From the NCBI GenBank assembly GCA_965112735.1, contig OZ218959.1, positions 620,001 through 684,000 on the forward strand: DNA of 64,000 bases, written 5' to 3'. The DNA comes from Phaeosaccion multiseriatum. Its lineage: Eukaryota; Protista; Ochrophyta, other classes. The notes under the pieces are model-generated. The model was not told where the DNA came from and did not search any database. It saw only the letters and a list, made by a program, of their open reading frames with translations. This document shows positions 32,525 through 45,107 of the stretch, one piece after another. Both the position numbers and the translations under genes were made by a program. Every line of letters begins with the position of its first letter. Positions within the stretch are counted from its first letter, which is position 1.

Positions 32525-35500
32525 ATGAGGGCTTTAATGGTGGAGCTGCTGCTGTGGCTTCTGGCCTGCGGCCTCCTCCTCCTCCCGACGTCGGCGGTGT
32601 CGTCTTGTCAGGAGGGAGGGCACATGTATTTTGGGGGAGAGAGGAAGGACGCCATCGGATGGGTCTGGGCCGTCAAGGACTACTTCGATGGCAACCCTCG
32701 GTGGTTTATCTTCACTCAATTAGCAGATAAGCAGCGATGGCAGAACAACCCCTTCATCGACCGAGTTATCATAGAGCGACTGCAGGACACCAGATGGATC
32801 GAAATGTACAGCTACGCCGGCACTTACGTCCCAATCCCCACTAACAAAGCCTACAACCGGCCGGTCTACGATGCTCGTACTCATCCTGGGACCCCCGCGG
32901 ATGACGAGGAGGACGACACGGTGAACAGCGAGATTACTATTCGTCTGCGATTCGTGGACAACAGCCCGGGGGGCTGCCCCTCCGGGTACACGAAGGTGAG
33001 CGAGACACGACCGCTGTTCGTGCTCGACTTAACATGAAGTCACCTCTTATGCCTCTCTAACTCTGACGCTGCTCTCTCCCACATAGGCCGTTACGATGAG
33101 CCACTTTACCTTCTTGGAGGGCAACAAGGACTTCAACGCCGTTTCTAGAGACAAGGGCTTCCTCCCGCGGTGGACGCCGGAGTGGATGAGTACTTCCAGC
33201 GCTGTCGACCCCGAAGTGTGCGCCACTCCTGGAAACGAGTACAACGAGTTGCAAGAGGCAGCGACTGCAGACTGGTTGCAATCCGTAAGCGCGACGAAGC
33301 TGTGCGATTGTGCCTGGAGGGTGGACGTCGTGCTGAACGAGGACAACACGCTGATGGTGGACAACCCCTTCCTCGACTACATCTCCTTTCGCATCAGCCA
33401 AGGCCCATCCTTTGGGGTTCGGCTGCTGCTCCACCACCCTGCTCAGACGCACTACAGTGTCTTTACGCAAAAGTTCAACTGCGACCTCGAGTATCTTTCC
33501 CTCTTGGCGGTGGTTTTCCTGGACGAGTTCTCAGCTGAGCTTGGTCAAATTACCAGGACTCACTCCTGCAACTCTTTCCCCTCGGGGATCGGGGGCACCT
33601 GTCTGTGGGATAGGAAGGAGTATTCGCCGGACAAGCTCGACAAGTCGTGCAACAAAAAGGGACTCGGCTCGGACTCGGAAGACCATCGGTGGCTTCCGGC
33701 AACGTCTCTGGAGGAAAACTGCGGACGGAAACCTCCAGTCAAGAGCACAAATGGGATGTGGCCAGACTTCTTGGACATTTCTCCATCGCCGGCGCTTGCA
33801 AAGTCCTTGGTCTCTACCTCCGGCCCCACCACCACCATTTCCGAACCTTCTTCCCCTTCCCCACAGCTGGTGCTGGTGGGGCGCCCACCTTCACAGCCTG
33901 GATGGCGCACCCCCTCAATCCTGGTCACCTCTCCATCATCCCTTTCTCCCACACCCTCTCCTCAGCCCGATCCCATCCCCACCCCTGCCGAGCCACAGGT
34001 GCCCTCTACCGCACGATCTTCCAAGCCCTCTGGTGCCCTCATTCGGCCCCTCCCCCCCTCCCCACCTCCCACTGCACAGCCATCCACACCCCCCATCCCC
34101 CCACGGCCGCCTACTCTCCCTTCCCTCTCTCGCCCCCTCCCCCCCCAATTTCCCACCTTTCATCCCACCTCCGAAGCTGTTGGCTGGACCACCACCACCC
34201 CAGCTCCCACTCCTCTCCCCCCCCCCGGATGCGCACAAGGGCAAAACTTCTTCTTTTCCGGCACGCACAACGAAGCAGTGGGCTTCTTGTGGAGTGTAAA
34301 GACGTATGCCACAACTCCAACCGGGGCGCCCCAATGGTGAGTTCGGAAAGAGACATGCTCCTCCTCGCCCGAACTCACCCTCTCTCTCTCCCCGCCTCCC
34401 TCGCATCACCCCTTGTTAGGATTGTGTACTTGGAGCTGGCCAAGACTGCTCTTTGGCAGGACAATCCATACTTTGATCACGTTGTCATTGAGACTCTCAC
34501 GTCGTTTTCATATGGACTCGAAAGGGTGCAGCAGTGGGTGCCCATGTCCTCCTCTTTCACGGAAGGTGGGGGTGCTTTTTACGAAGGGAGGATGCCTATT
34601 GGAGACTCGCAAAACCAATTGAGCGAGATACTGGTGCGAGTCCGCTTCATCAGCAACGACGCTGCGTGCGAGGACGGGACCACAGAGGTGAGTCATTCAT
34701 CGGAGCTACCCCACCAGAGCCTGCCAAGCTCGCTCGCTCTCCCTGCCCTAACCCCCTCCAATCACGCGTCATTCATGCCATTTATAGGCTTTCTCAATGG
34801 GCCATTTCACCTATATCGCGCCCAACAACGGCGCCTTGGAGGCGTCTGGCGGTCCGCCATGGCTGGACTCTGGCGCCGTGTTGAGCCCCACAGAATGCTT
34901 GGGCGGGAATTGGGCCGCGCTGCACGAAACGGAGGCCTCTTCGTGGCTCTCCAGCCTTACAGCCCAGAGGCAATGTGACTGCTCGTGGCGGATCGACTTC
35001 GAGCTCCAGCACGCTGCGTCCCTCATGATCGACAACCCCTTCTTGGACCGATGGGAGGTTTTGTTCAAGAGAGGCCACAGCTCCGCTCTCACGAGCCGCA
35101 GTGTGCTACATCGCCCCGGCCAGCGCCTGTACAGCCTCTCCACGGAGAAGCTCAACTGCCAGCTCGACCACCTCAACATCGTTTCCGTCGCCTTTGTGGA
35201 CGAGTATGACTCCGAGGTGCGTGCGTGGGTGCGCGGGATGTGGGTGCTCCTCCCTGCCTCCTCCCCGCTTATTGTCCCTTTGCCTTGCGTGCACATACAC
35301 ACACACTCACACACACGAACGCGCGCGCACACACACACACACGAACATGTGCACACACACATACACACACGCACGCACACGCACACACACGCGCGCGCGC
35401 GTACACACAGATTGGCCACATCACCTCGGCTGGCGCATGCGCAGCTTTCCCGCGACGCTTGACCAACATTTGCATGCGAGACCTCGTCGTCTATTCCGGC

Positions 35501-35950
35501 CCGGACATGGTGTCTCTGGCTAAAGCGGACTGCAGTGCACCGGGGACAGGGCAGGAGGATGAGGGAATGGAGCACTTCCCCGGGAGCTACCTCATCGACA
35601 ACTGCCAACCCAAGGTGCTCGAGCCGGTCAACAGCGAGGCTCCGACACCAGCGCCGTTGCTGGGAGGCCAGGGGGGGACCCCTGCCCCCTCTGTGGAGCA
35701 AGTCTCCACCATTCCAGTGGTGCCGCTCCCCCCTGGAGGAGCCGCCTCGCCTCTCACTCCCGTCGAGGCGAGCCCAACGGGGCCGGAGAATCCAGGCGAC
35801 GGCAGCGGCACGGAGGGGAACGAGTTCTCAGCTCAGGGCGCGGCCGCCCGGGCGGTCTCCGGGACCGCTCTGCCGTTCGTGCTGGTAATGGCCCTGGCGA
35901 CGCCAGTTCTCTCCGCCTTCTTCTTACAGGGTCAGCAGCGGACCTTGTGA
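32525..35950 (+). CDS. Secreted or GPI/TM-anchored surface protein with two homologous Cys-containing domains and a Pro/Ser/Thr linker; 5 exons; family not recognised
   Basis: Signal peptide [24 protein letters not shown]. Repeat pairs [64 protein letters not shown] and KFNCDL/KLNCQL. C-terminal hydrophobic [20 protein letters not shown]. Confidence 0.8.
35291..35409. repeat. Compound (CA)n/(CG)n microsatellite in an intron
   Basis: Alternating purine-pyrimidine run directly upstream of the acceptor at 35410. Confidence 0.9.
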
Positions 35951-36031
35951 AACTGAATATGACGCAGCGCGTCAGAGATAGCTAGTCAGGGTCAGCAGCG
36001 GACCTTGTGAAATTGAATATGACGCAGCGCG
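35927..36031. repeat. 45-bp direct repeat (period 60) spanning the stop codon of the surface-protein gene
   Basis: CAGGGTCAGCAGCGGACCTTGTGAAA(C/T)TGAATATGACGCAGCGCG at 35927 and 35987, one mismatch. Confidence 0.95.
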
Positions 36032-36181
36032 CAGAAAAAATAAAATTTAAAATTCGATAATCGATATGCATGTTGTAATCCGAATCACAGGCCCTCCGTT
36101 TTCCCAAAAAAAATAAAAATTTCACCACATAGGTGACCGACAGGACGGGCAAAAAACAAAAAAGGCATACAGCAAGGGATC

Positions 36182-39100
36182 ATGGCATCCACGAACGTTG
36201 CTGTCCTGCTGCAGAACCGATTGGATCAGGTCAAATCCGAGGCGGCTTCGCTGGAGGAAAGCATCGTCGCACTGAATGCCAAGTGCGATGCGGCGCTACG
36301 GAACCTCCCAGCGAGACAGCAGGCCAGCGAGGAGGAGGTAGGCACAGAGAAAGACCAAGAGTAGAATGTGAAAGCTGGGGAAGTGACTGGGGTCCATTCT
36401 GACAGGCAGTGGTACTCATGCCCGTACATAATGCAATTGTTCTGTGGGTGTTCAGATGAAAAAGGAAATAGCGCACCTGGACTTTGTCCAGACCACCCAG
36501 ACTCTAGCTCTAGCCAAGGAGAAGGGGCTTTTGAGGCAGCAGGATTTGCTGAGAAACAAGATTAAACAGAGAAACGATCTCGAAAAGGAGGAAGAGAAGC
36601 TGCAGGTGAGCAAAAGACAAAACACAAAACACCTTGGTGCGGTGCGGGGCGAGAGGGAGAGAAACTTAACCCGTCTCGTCCATTTGTGCCATACACAGGA
36701 GCTCAAGGACCAGCGCAGACTCGCAGTGGAGACAATCAAGCAAAAGAGAGATCAGGCGAGTGGGAGGTGGTCAAACTCTATTCCAGGAGAGAGAGGAAGT
36801 GAAACTTACCTCCCCCCCCCCCGCCCCGCGCAGATTAAGGAGCTAAAGCTCGGGCTGGAGAAGGTGGAACTAGCGCAGCGCTTGGGAGTGCCTGTGACGG
36901 GCCTCACCTGCACCACCGTCACGATTCCTGAGAGCAGAATAGGACAGGTGGGGTCTTGGGGTGGGGGGCTTGGGGAGGGAGGGCGTTAAGGAGTGCGGAC
37001 ACTCATGCTGTGTGTCCGTTGTTGTGCACAGGTCATTGGCAAGAAGAGAGCGGGTCTGCTCCGCATCCAGGACCAATTCGGAGTCATTTGTAACGACGTC
37101 ATTGACCGCGACGCGGGCGCTTACAGTATCACTGTGCAAGGGTAAGGATGCCGCTCTCCGAATCGCCACGTGCCCCCCCCCTCTCCTGACTCACTCTACG
37201 ATGCTTCCCCCCCTTCGCTCTCCCTCTCCCTCTCTCTCTCATCAGGACCGCCGAGAGCGTACAGCAGGCATCGGCTGCCCTTCTTCTCATCGCCCACACC
37301 GTGGAGGAGAAGCTTGCCGTGGGAGACGACCTGCTGGGGGCGCTGCGAGGCTCTGCGGGGTCTGCCTTGACCAGCGCCTTGGCTGCCAAGTACGAGTGTG
37401 GCATGCACCTTCTGAGGGAGGAAAAGGCCATTCGTCTGTCAGGCTTGCCTGAGAGTGTGGCCTCCCTCAAGGTGAGAGCGAGTAGGTGGTGGGCACGCAT
37501 CGGTGCCTCTCAAGTGCTTTTCTTTGATGCCCAGCGCGCGTGTGTGCCTCGTGCTTCTGCGCAAAACAGGACGCTCTACAAAGCCTCAAGGTGCGAAAGG
37601 AATCCGTTCCGCTGAAGGAGGGCGTCACCATGGCCGCGCTTATGGGCTCCAAGGGAGTCAACGTCCGCTCCATAGAGGAGGAAGCGCGCGTGTCTGTGGA
37701 CGTGTCGGGTAGAGATTCGCCCAACCCCCAGATCACCCTCACCGGTTTGGCCGACGGGGTGGACTTGGCCGTATCGCGGCTGCAGGAGCTCATGGAGAGG
37801 GTGGAGGAGGTGGAGCTTTTCGTGCCGCTGACCAAGAAGCACCAGGTACATGGGTACGCGCGAGCGACATGAGACACGTGCAGCAGTCGATGGTGTTTGA
37901 CTCACACCTTGTGCCTTGTGTTGGAGCAGGTCAACGCCGTCTTGAGGGACAACGCGGAGCCGCTGAAGGAGGTGCAGAGGGCCGTGGGAGGGGCCATGAT
38001 GATTAGCGTGAATCGCGACGAGCCGGAAGAGCATCCGTCGGGCCGTCTGAAGCTCAAGGGCCCTGCCTTCAAGTGCAAGCAGGTACTCATTTTCTCACTC
38101 TTCTCTTTTCTGAGGAGGATTTTCTCACCCGAGCATGCGCACTGGATTCCTCCACCCCCCCCCCCCTCCCGTCTTTTTCCTTTCCCCAAAACAGGCGACT
38201 GAGCTGCTGACCGCTTTGCTGGCGGAGCTGGATTTGAATGTCATCTCCCGGGACGTGGGGTCGGAAGCTGTGCGCAGCCTCGTGGGCAAGGGAGGAGCCA
38301 CTGTGAAAAAGATTCGAAGCCAGATGGAAGAGAGCGCCCCTGACGTGCGCATTGACCTTGACATGAACAGCGGTGTTGTGGCCATCTTTGGGGGCAGCGA
38401 GGAGGATCGCGCCAGGGCCCTGGTCCTGATCGACGAGGTGCTCGACGCCAATAGACAGCGTGTCCTCGTGCTGGGCAGAGAAGCAGCCCTCACGCTGCTG
38501 GGCAAGAGCCATTTGGACTTTCGCAACAGACTGTGCAACCCACCGTCGGAGGGAGGAGAGGGAGGAGGAGGGGAAGAAGAGGAGAAAGAGGTGGCTGGGC
38601 TGGGAGTGAACATGGACGTGAGCCTCGACAACGATGGGAGAATCAAGCTCCGCGGAACGCAGGTGAGAGTCGCGTCGCGGGTGGACGTTTCGCTTTCTCT
38701 GTCTTATCCTCCTGCCTGTCATTGTGTGTTGTGTTTCCATGCCGCCGTGCCAAAACGAAAAGGACGCCATCGACGAGGCTTACCGACTGCTCGAGGCCTT
38801 TCGGGATGCCAATCAGCAGTGCGAGGTCAAAGTGGCGCGCGATGACGTGGTGTGTCTGCAGGGAGGCTCCATCACGGACACGCTCAGTGCTAAATTCGGT
38901 GTCGACGTGACCGTCGTCAGATCGGCCTCGCTGGTGCGCTTCAAGGGCGAGAAGGTGAGTCGTGCGGCGCTCTTTGTGGGTCTTTGTGTGCATTGTACTG
39001 ACTTGACTTGACTTGTTAACACACTTTGCATTCATTGCCCGCAACCCCCCCCCCCCGGCCACCACCAGGATGCGTGCGAGGCTGCTTCAGCGAGCCTGCA

Positions 39101-40992
39101 GAGATTCCTGGCGGGAGAGGCAGAGGAGGGCGCGGAGGAAGGGAGTCTTATGCTCATGCCGGTTGACCCTGTCGCCATGGGGCGCATCATTGGCAAGGGG
39201 GGCAGTGCCATCAAGAAGCTGGAGACCGAGTTTGGTGTGTCCATTGATGCTCTCAGCGAGCGGCACGTGTTGCGCATTCACGGCCCAGCGGCCGGCGTGG
39301 CAAGCTGCATGCAGAGCATCCACGCGGACACGGCGGAGCTTCGGATCAGACTCGTCATCTCCATCCCGGAGGCGACAGGCGGCTCAAAGACGGGGGGGCA
39401 GAGAAAGGCGCCCGCCTGCTCCACTCCAGGGACGTCGGCCTGGGCAGAGCGGTTGTACGCCATTGCGGAGGAGTACAGGGTATCCATTGACGGGGAGGGC
39501 GGCGCGGGGGCAGCGCTGCAGCAGGGCAGGAGACGCGGCGGCCATGGCGGCTCCGATAGAGAAAGAGAGAGCAAGGGAGGGGATTGGGGCGACAAGATTT
39601 ATATCCGCGGGCGTGTGGCCGAGGCGGAGGAGGCCAAGCTTCGCGTGCTTGAGCTGCTCACGGGCAAGGGCAGGGCCGACATTTGCCTCTTGCACAGCCA
39701 GGGGCAGGCCTTGCAGCAGATGAATGGCCCCTGGACGCGGCTCTGCAGCAAGCACGGGGTGGTGGTGGAGGTGGAGGTGGAGGGCCGGGAGGACGCCCCA
39801 CGAGTGGTCATTGAAGGAGACGCGGACGACGTTGCGGTGGCCAAGAAGGAGGCCTACGCCATCCTCGAAGTCATCTTCGCGGGGCAGTTCGAGAGCCTCC
39901 AGGTGCCTAAGATGGCCCTGTCCGCTGTCACCACGGCGGTGCGCTCGGCCTTCCCCCACCTCACGGTGCAGGGGGACTTGTCTTGCTCGTGCGTGCGTGT
40001 GGTGGGGGAGGAGGCCCCAGTCACGCAAAGGGCGCTGCAGGTGGGTGCCAAAGCACTGCAGGAATGGCAGGAGCTGAATAGGAGGGTGGAGCTGCCCGCA
40101 TGGCTCGTGCCCGCCTTGATTGGCAAGGGCGGGGCCAAGATTAAGGAAATGACAAAGGAGACAGGGGCAAACTTCACGGTGGACAAGGCCAACGGAGCCT
40201 GCTGGATCAAGGCAGACACGGCGGAGCAGGGCGACAAGGCTGCAGAGATGCTGCAGGGGAGGGTGGCGGAGCTGCGCAAGCTGCAGACGGAAGTCGGCCT
40301 CCCGGATGAAGCAGTGCCGCGCTTCATTGGGAAGCAGGGCGCTAACATTATCAAGATGAGGGAGCAGGCAGGCGGTGTGCAGCTCGAGATTGTGCAGGGC
40401 GAGGGCAGGGCGTCATCCGCCGTGCGGCTGAGAGGCAAGCAAGAGGAAGCCGTCAAGGAGGTGAGGGAGGGAGGGAGGGAGGGAGAGAAAGGCTTTTGTC
40501 GCTTGGTGCCTTTTGAATCACACATTCGCGGTGCTGTGCCCTCCCTCCCTCCCCGAAACAGGCGGCGGCCCTCGTGCAGGCCTGGGTGGACGAGTACACG
40601 AAGGACAATGCTCGCTTAGTGATGGAGGTGGAGGAGAGGTACTTCGCTTCCATCATTGGGAAGGCAGGGGCCCAGATTCGGCAAATCCAGGAGGAGTCCG
40701 GAGGCGCTCGAATCAATGTCAATCGCGACGCGCAGCGAATAGAGATCACGGGGGGGCAGGAAGCGTGCGAGAGAGCCAGGGACCTTGTTGCGAGTATCGT
40801 TGACGCAGAGAAGGAGGAAGCCGAGCAGGCGAAGGCGCAGCTGCTGGCGCTGAGGCAAGCGCGGGAGGAGGAGACTAGACTGGCGCTGGAGAAGGAGGAG
40901 AAGAGTAAAATGGAGCAACAGAGGCAGCAGCAGGAGGAGCAGGAGCAACAGAGGCAGCTAGAGGAGCGGCAGAAGCAGCAGCAGAAACAGCT

Positions 40993-41030
<38 letters not shown>

Positions 41031-41128
41031 GGCAACAGCAAGAAGCAGCACTTCAGCAACAGCAGCAGCAGCAACAGCTGCAACAGCAGCAACAGCAGCA
41101 GCAGCAGCAGCAGCATCTGCAGGGACAG

Positions 41129-41171
<43 letters not shown>

Positions 41172-41401
41172 TGCAGGGACAGCAGCAGCAGCCCGTTGGT
41201 GCATCTAGCCTTCTCGCAATGCTACTCGACACGAAGGTGCCTGCGCCTGCAGCGGATGGCCACGGGGGTTCTGCCTTGAACGGCACGCACGAGAGCTCCC
41301 CCGCAGCCCCCTCCCAGTACAGCAAGGCGGCCCCACCTTCTCCGCCCCCTGTGCAGCAGAATTACTTTACGTCGTCAAGCGGACTTAACGTGCGCCTCTG
41401 A
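36182..41401 (+). CDS. Large multi-KH-domain RNA-binding protein (vigilin-like architecture) with an N-terminal coiled coil and C-terminal polyQ
   Basis: Repeated KH GxxG loops: LMGSKGVNVRSI, LVGKGGATVKKI, IIGKGGSAIKKL, LIGKGGAKIKEM, FIGKQGANIIKM, IIGKAGAQIRQI, plus degenerate copies. About 11 introns. Confidence 0.85.
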
Positions 41402-41496
41402 TGCGAGTGCCAGGCACTCAGAGGCAGAAAAACGAAGAAAGTGTCTTAAAATTTGTAATGAAGACGCATCAACAAAAACAAGCAGCAGCAGAGGCT

Positions 41497-44400
41497 CTAA
41501 CACCGCTCAAACACTTTGTACATCAACTCTAGACAAGCCAGCTGCGTGAAGGTGCCGTCGTTGGCCATCCGCTCCGGCGGCAGCAGCGCCCACCTGAAGG
41601 CCGGATACAGCAAGTCTTGCACCTGGCGGGTGCACGCAGAGGGTACCCTGGCGCTGCTGTAGGCCGGGGGGGGCTGGGGAGTCCCCGCAGACGCAGCAGA
41701 CGCGTCCAAGGGAGCCGCGGAGGGCGTGTCGTCGTCCTCCGGTACCTGGCTGTAGAAGCGGGACAGCTCCTTGGCTATGGAAGCGAAGCACTTCTTCTCG
41801 TCGGCCCAGTTCACCTTGCCACGCACACGGAGTTGGTTGGGTCTGTGGTTAGTTTCTTCCCAATCACACATGTCGACACTAGATATCGATAGCTGCTCTC
41901 ACCCACCTCGGTGGCGAGTCGCAGCAGGAACTCCGGCAGGCCCTCCAAGACCGGAGAGTGCCCCTCCACCAGCTCGGGCAGGCCGGTGAGCAGCAGAGGC
42001 TGGTTCTGAGTGTGTGTTAAAGAGAGACAAGAGTGAGCTGGCCCCTCACAACATAACCGGGCTCCTCCCTCTTGTGTTTCCGACAACGTACCTCCGTTGC
42101 CGTGAAGCAGACATTAAAGTAGGTCTCGAGCATGGCAGCCTTGTCCCGCAGCAGCCGCGTGGCCTCCGCCGCGAGGGCATCCTTGTTGTCCTTGTCTCCA
42201 TGCTCACCCTCGCCCCCCCCCTCGCCCTCCTCCTTGTCCTCCTCCTCCTCCGCCGCCGCGGTCATGTCGAGAGCCCCTCTCTGGAACTCCTGTGAAAGGC
42301 AAAGGTTTGTCATGTGCGGCGTTGCGTGTAAGTAAATCAGAGTGCTCTGTGCGTCCCCCTCGCTTCCCCTCCTCCCTTTCAACGCCTCCTCGGCCCCACC
42401 TGGACGGGCACAGCGTTGAGCAGAGAGAGCTTGGGGGCGACTTGGAACCTTCGCAGGGCCATTTGGTAGAACATCTCCCTGCTGAGCCTGCCGTGGTTCA
42501 CCAGCACGAGCTTGGTGTTGTACTGCACTAGGCTGAGGTGCGTGTCCACCATCCCCACGAAGGTGATGCGCTTGAACATCTGCGTCAGGCCCTTGTGGTG
42601 CTGCGTCTTGATGGCGCCCAGCAGTTCCTGTATAGAGTGGTACGTGCATGATGTCTCTACGAAGGAGTCTGGCCGCCGGTGGTGCTTGCTCTGCTGCTGT
42701 TGCCGCGGCTGCAGCTGGTGGTTTTGGGGCTTTCCCTGTTGCTTACCCCGCCCCCTGCCTTTTAGCTTAATCCCCTCAAACTTTCGACAGCATGTACACC
42801 GGCCCACGCCAGGGGCGGCGTGGGGCCGTCTCGTCTGCGCCTGCACTTCGGCGGCACTTTCGGGAGGACAGACACAATCCTCGCCCTTGCCAAGCTTCAC
42901 CACGAAGCCGTCCAGCTTGCCCGCGTTGGCGTCAGTCCGGACCAGCTTCCTGGGCTGCACAGCTGGGGCCTTTTGGGAAGCACCAGGCAGAGCGCCGCCA
43001 CCGCCGCCGCTGCTTGCTTCCGCGCGCGCCCTCTTTGTACCCTTGGAGACCTTCGCGCCCTCGTTCAGTGCTGCACTACTCTCGCCGCTGCTGGTGCTGT
43101 TCTCGACATTTCCCTCGTCCCGAGACTCGCTGCCTACCGGGAGGCTCTGATACATCAGCAAGTGCGCAGCGAAGAGAGGAATTGGTGTGAGAGAGAGAGT
43201 GGGTACGTACAGTGTGCCCCCCCCCCCCCCCCAAAGGCTGGCACGTACCACCCCGGGCAGGATGGCTTGGCTGTAGAACTTGCGGGACTCGTTGGCTCCT
43301 CGCAGCTTGGCCTCGAGCATCTGGAACAGGGCGGCAAGTAGGCGAGATTCAAACAGGAAATGGACCTGCCAACCAGTGAGAGAGCGCGGGGGGGGGTGGA
43401 GTGAGCGAAAAGCAAAAAGGTGTTGGAAAGCGTATGGGTAGTCCACGCCTGCACGCACACACCTCTCGCTTCGTTGGGTGCACATTGACGTCCAGATGGG
43501 CTGCGGGCAGCGTCAGGGACAGGTACATGAAGGGGTGCGCGCCTTTGGGCAGCAGCTCTGCGTACACGGCCTCCAGAGTCTTCTTGATGGACGAGCTCTC
43601 GACCAGGCGGTTGTTGATGAACAGGATGAAAACGCTCTTCTTGCTGCTGTAGTTGGCGTTGGATACGAGTCCCTCCGCGGAGTACTGGAAGCTGTCCGCC
43701 GACGGTTCCCGCTCCGACGCCTGCTGCTGCTGCGAATGGGCGGAAGAAGGAGAAGCGTCCATGTTGGTGGCGGACACGGGCAGCAGCTCCCTCGCCAGAG
43801 AGGCGCCGAAGGCGATGCGGATGTTCGCCAGGGACGACGAGCCCGGAGGGGTGTGTATGTCAGGGGACGGCTCCCCGCCCTTCTTACACGTGAAGGAAAT
43901 CCCCTTATCTCCATAGTGAATGGCATAGCGAGTGACAACCTTCACATGTGAGAGGGAGGGAGGGCACACGCAAAGGGGAAAAACAAGAAAGGGTCTTAAG
44001 GAGAGGCCCATGCGTCGCGCCTCCCAAGAAAGGAGCTCGAGCGACTGGGCTGTACCTCCAATATACGTTGGTACTGCTCCGAAGGGTTCTTAAAGGCCCG
44101 CTTGCGCGTATCCATGTTGTAAAACATGTCTTCTACCAGAATGGTGGTTCCGCCCACCCCAGCACACGGCTGGGGCTTTGCAGCCTGGCCCGGTCGGAAG
44201 GCGATGAGCGAGCCGTCCGAGTAGCGTGCGCTGATGGGCAGTGCGGTACAAGCGGGAAACATATTGCGGGGGTTACACGGTGGGATGCGGGTGGGGTCGG
44301 GGCGGGAGGTATGCATATCCTAGGGATACGTACCGATATGCGCACGGAGAGTCCTTCGTTTTGGACGTGATGGTCACATGCGCAACGTGCGTGATGCTCG

Positions 44401-45011
44401 CTAAAGCCTCCCCCCTGCAAAAATGATTCATTGAGGGCGTTCTTGAGAGGCCAGACATAGCGGCGAGGCCTATCCAATGGGACAAAGGGGCTTACCGGAA
44501 GCCGAACGTGCTAATGGAGCGTAGGTCACTAAAGTCTCTCAGCTTGGACGTGGTGAATCTCTCGCACACGATGCCTGTCGAAGACACAAAAACGGGTTTC
44601 TCAGGGTCAATTCCGCTCTCTCTACACCTCGCGTCATGCCAGGCGGAAACGTACCCAAGTCTTCCTTGCGAATGCCGTGGCCATTGTCCTGTATCTGAAG
44701 CATCTTCATGCCGCCGCCCTTGGCCGTGATGGTGATGGACGTCGACCCAGCGTCCAGGCTATTCTCGAGCATCTCTTTGACTGCATTTGCGGGCCGCTGC
44801 ACCACCTGAGACGCGCCAGTGACACCAGCAGCAGCAGACCAGGACAACAAGAGCACCTCGAGTGAGCAAGGACGTGGAGCGGGATTCCAAAAGGCGTCCA
44901 CTTTTTACCCACCTCCCCCGCGGCGATTCGATTGACGACCTTCTCCTCGAGCTTCCTGATGGGTGGCGGAGCCCCTGCCACCAGTGGTGCTGCCGCAACA
45001 GCGCCCGACAT
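41497..45011 (-). CDS. MLH1: DNA mismatch repair protein MLH1; multi-exon
   Basis: [16 protein letters not shown]|[56 protein letters not shown] and the MLH1-specific C-terminus LYK-like MYKVFERC. Confidence 0.97.
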
Positions 45012-45107
45012 GGAGGATGACTTTTAAATATATTTTTTCCCCTTGTCCCGTGCCAACTGTGATCATTGACTTAGTGTTGGTCGCTCTGGCTGGATCGTCC
45101 ACAAATT

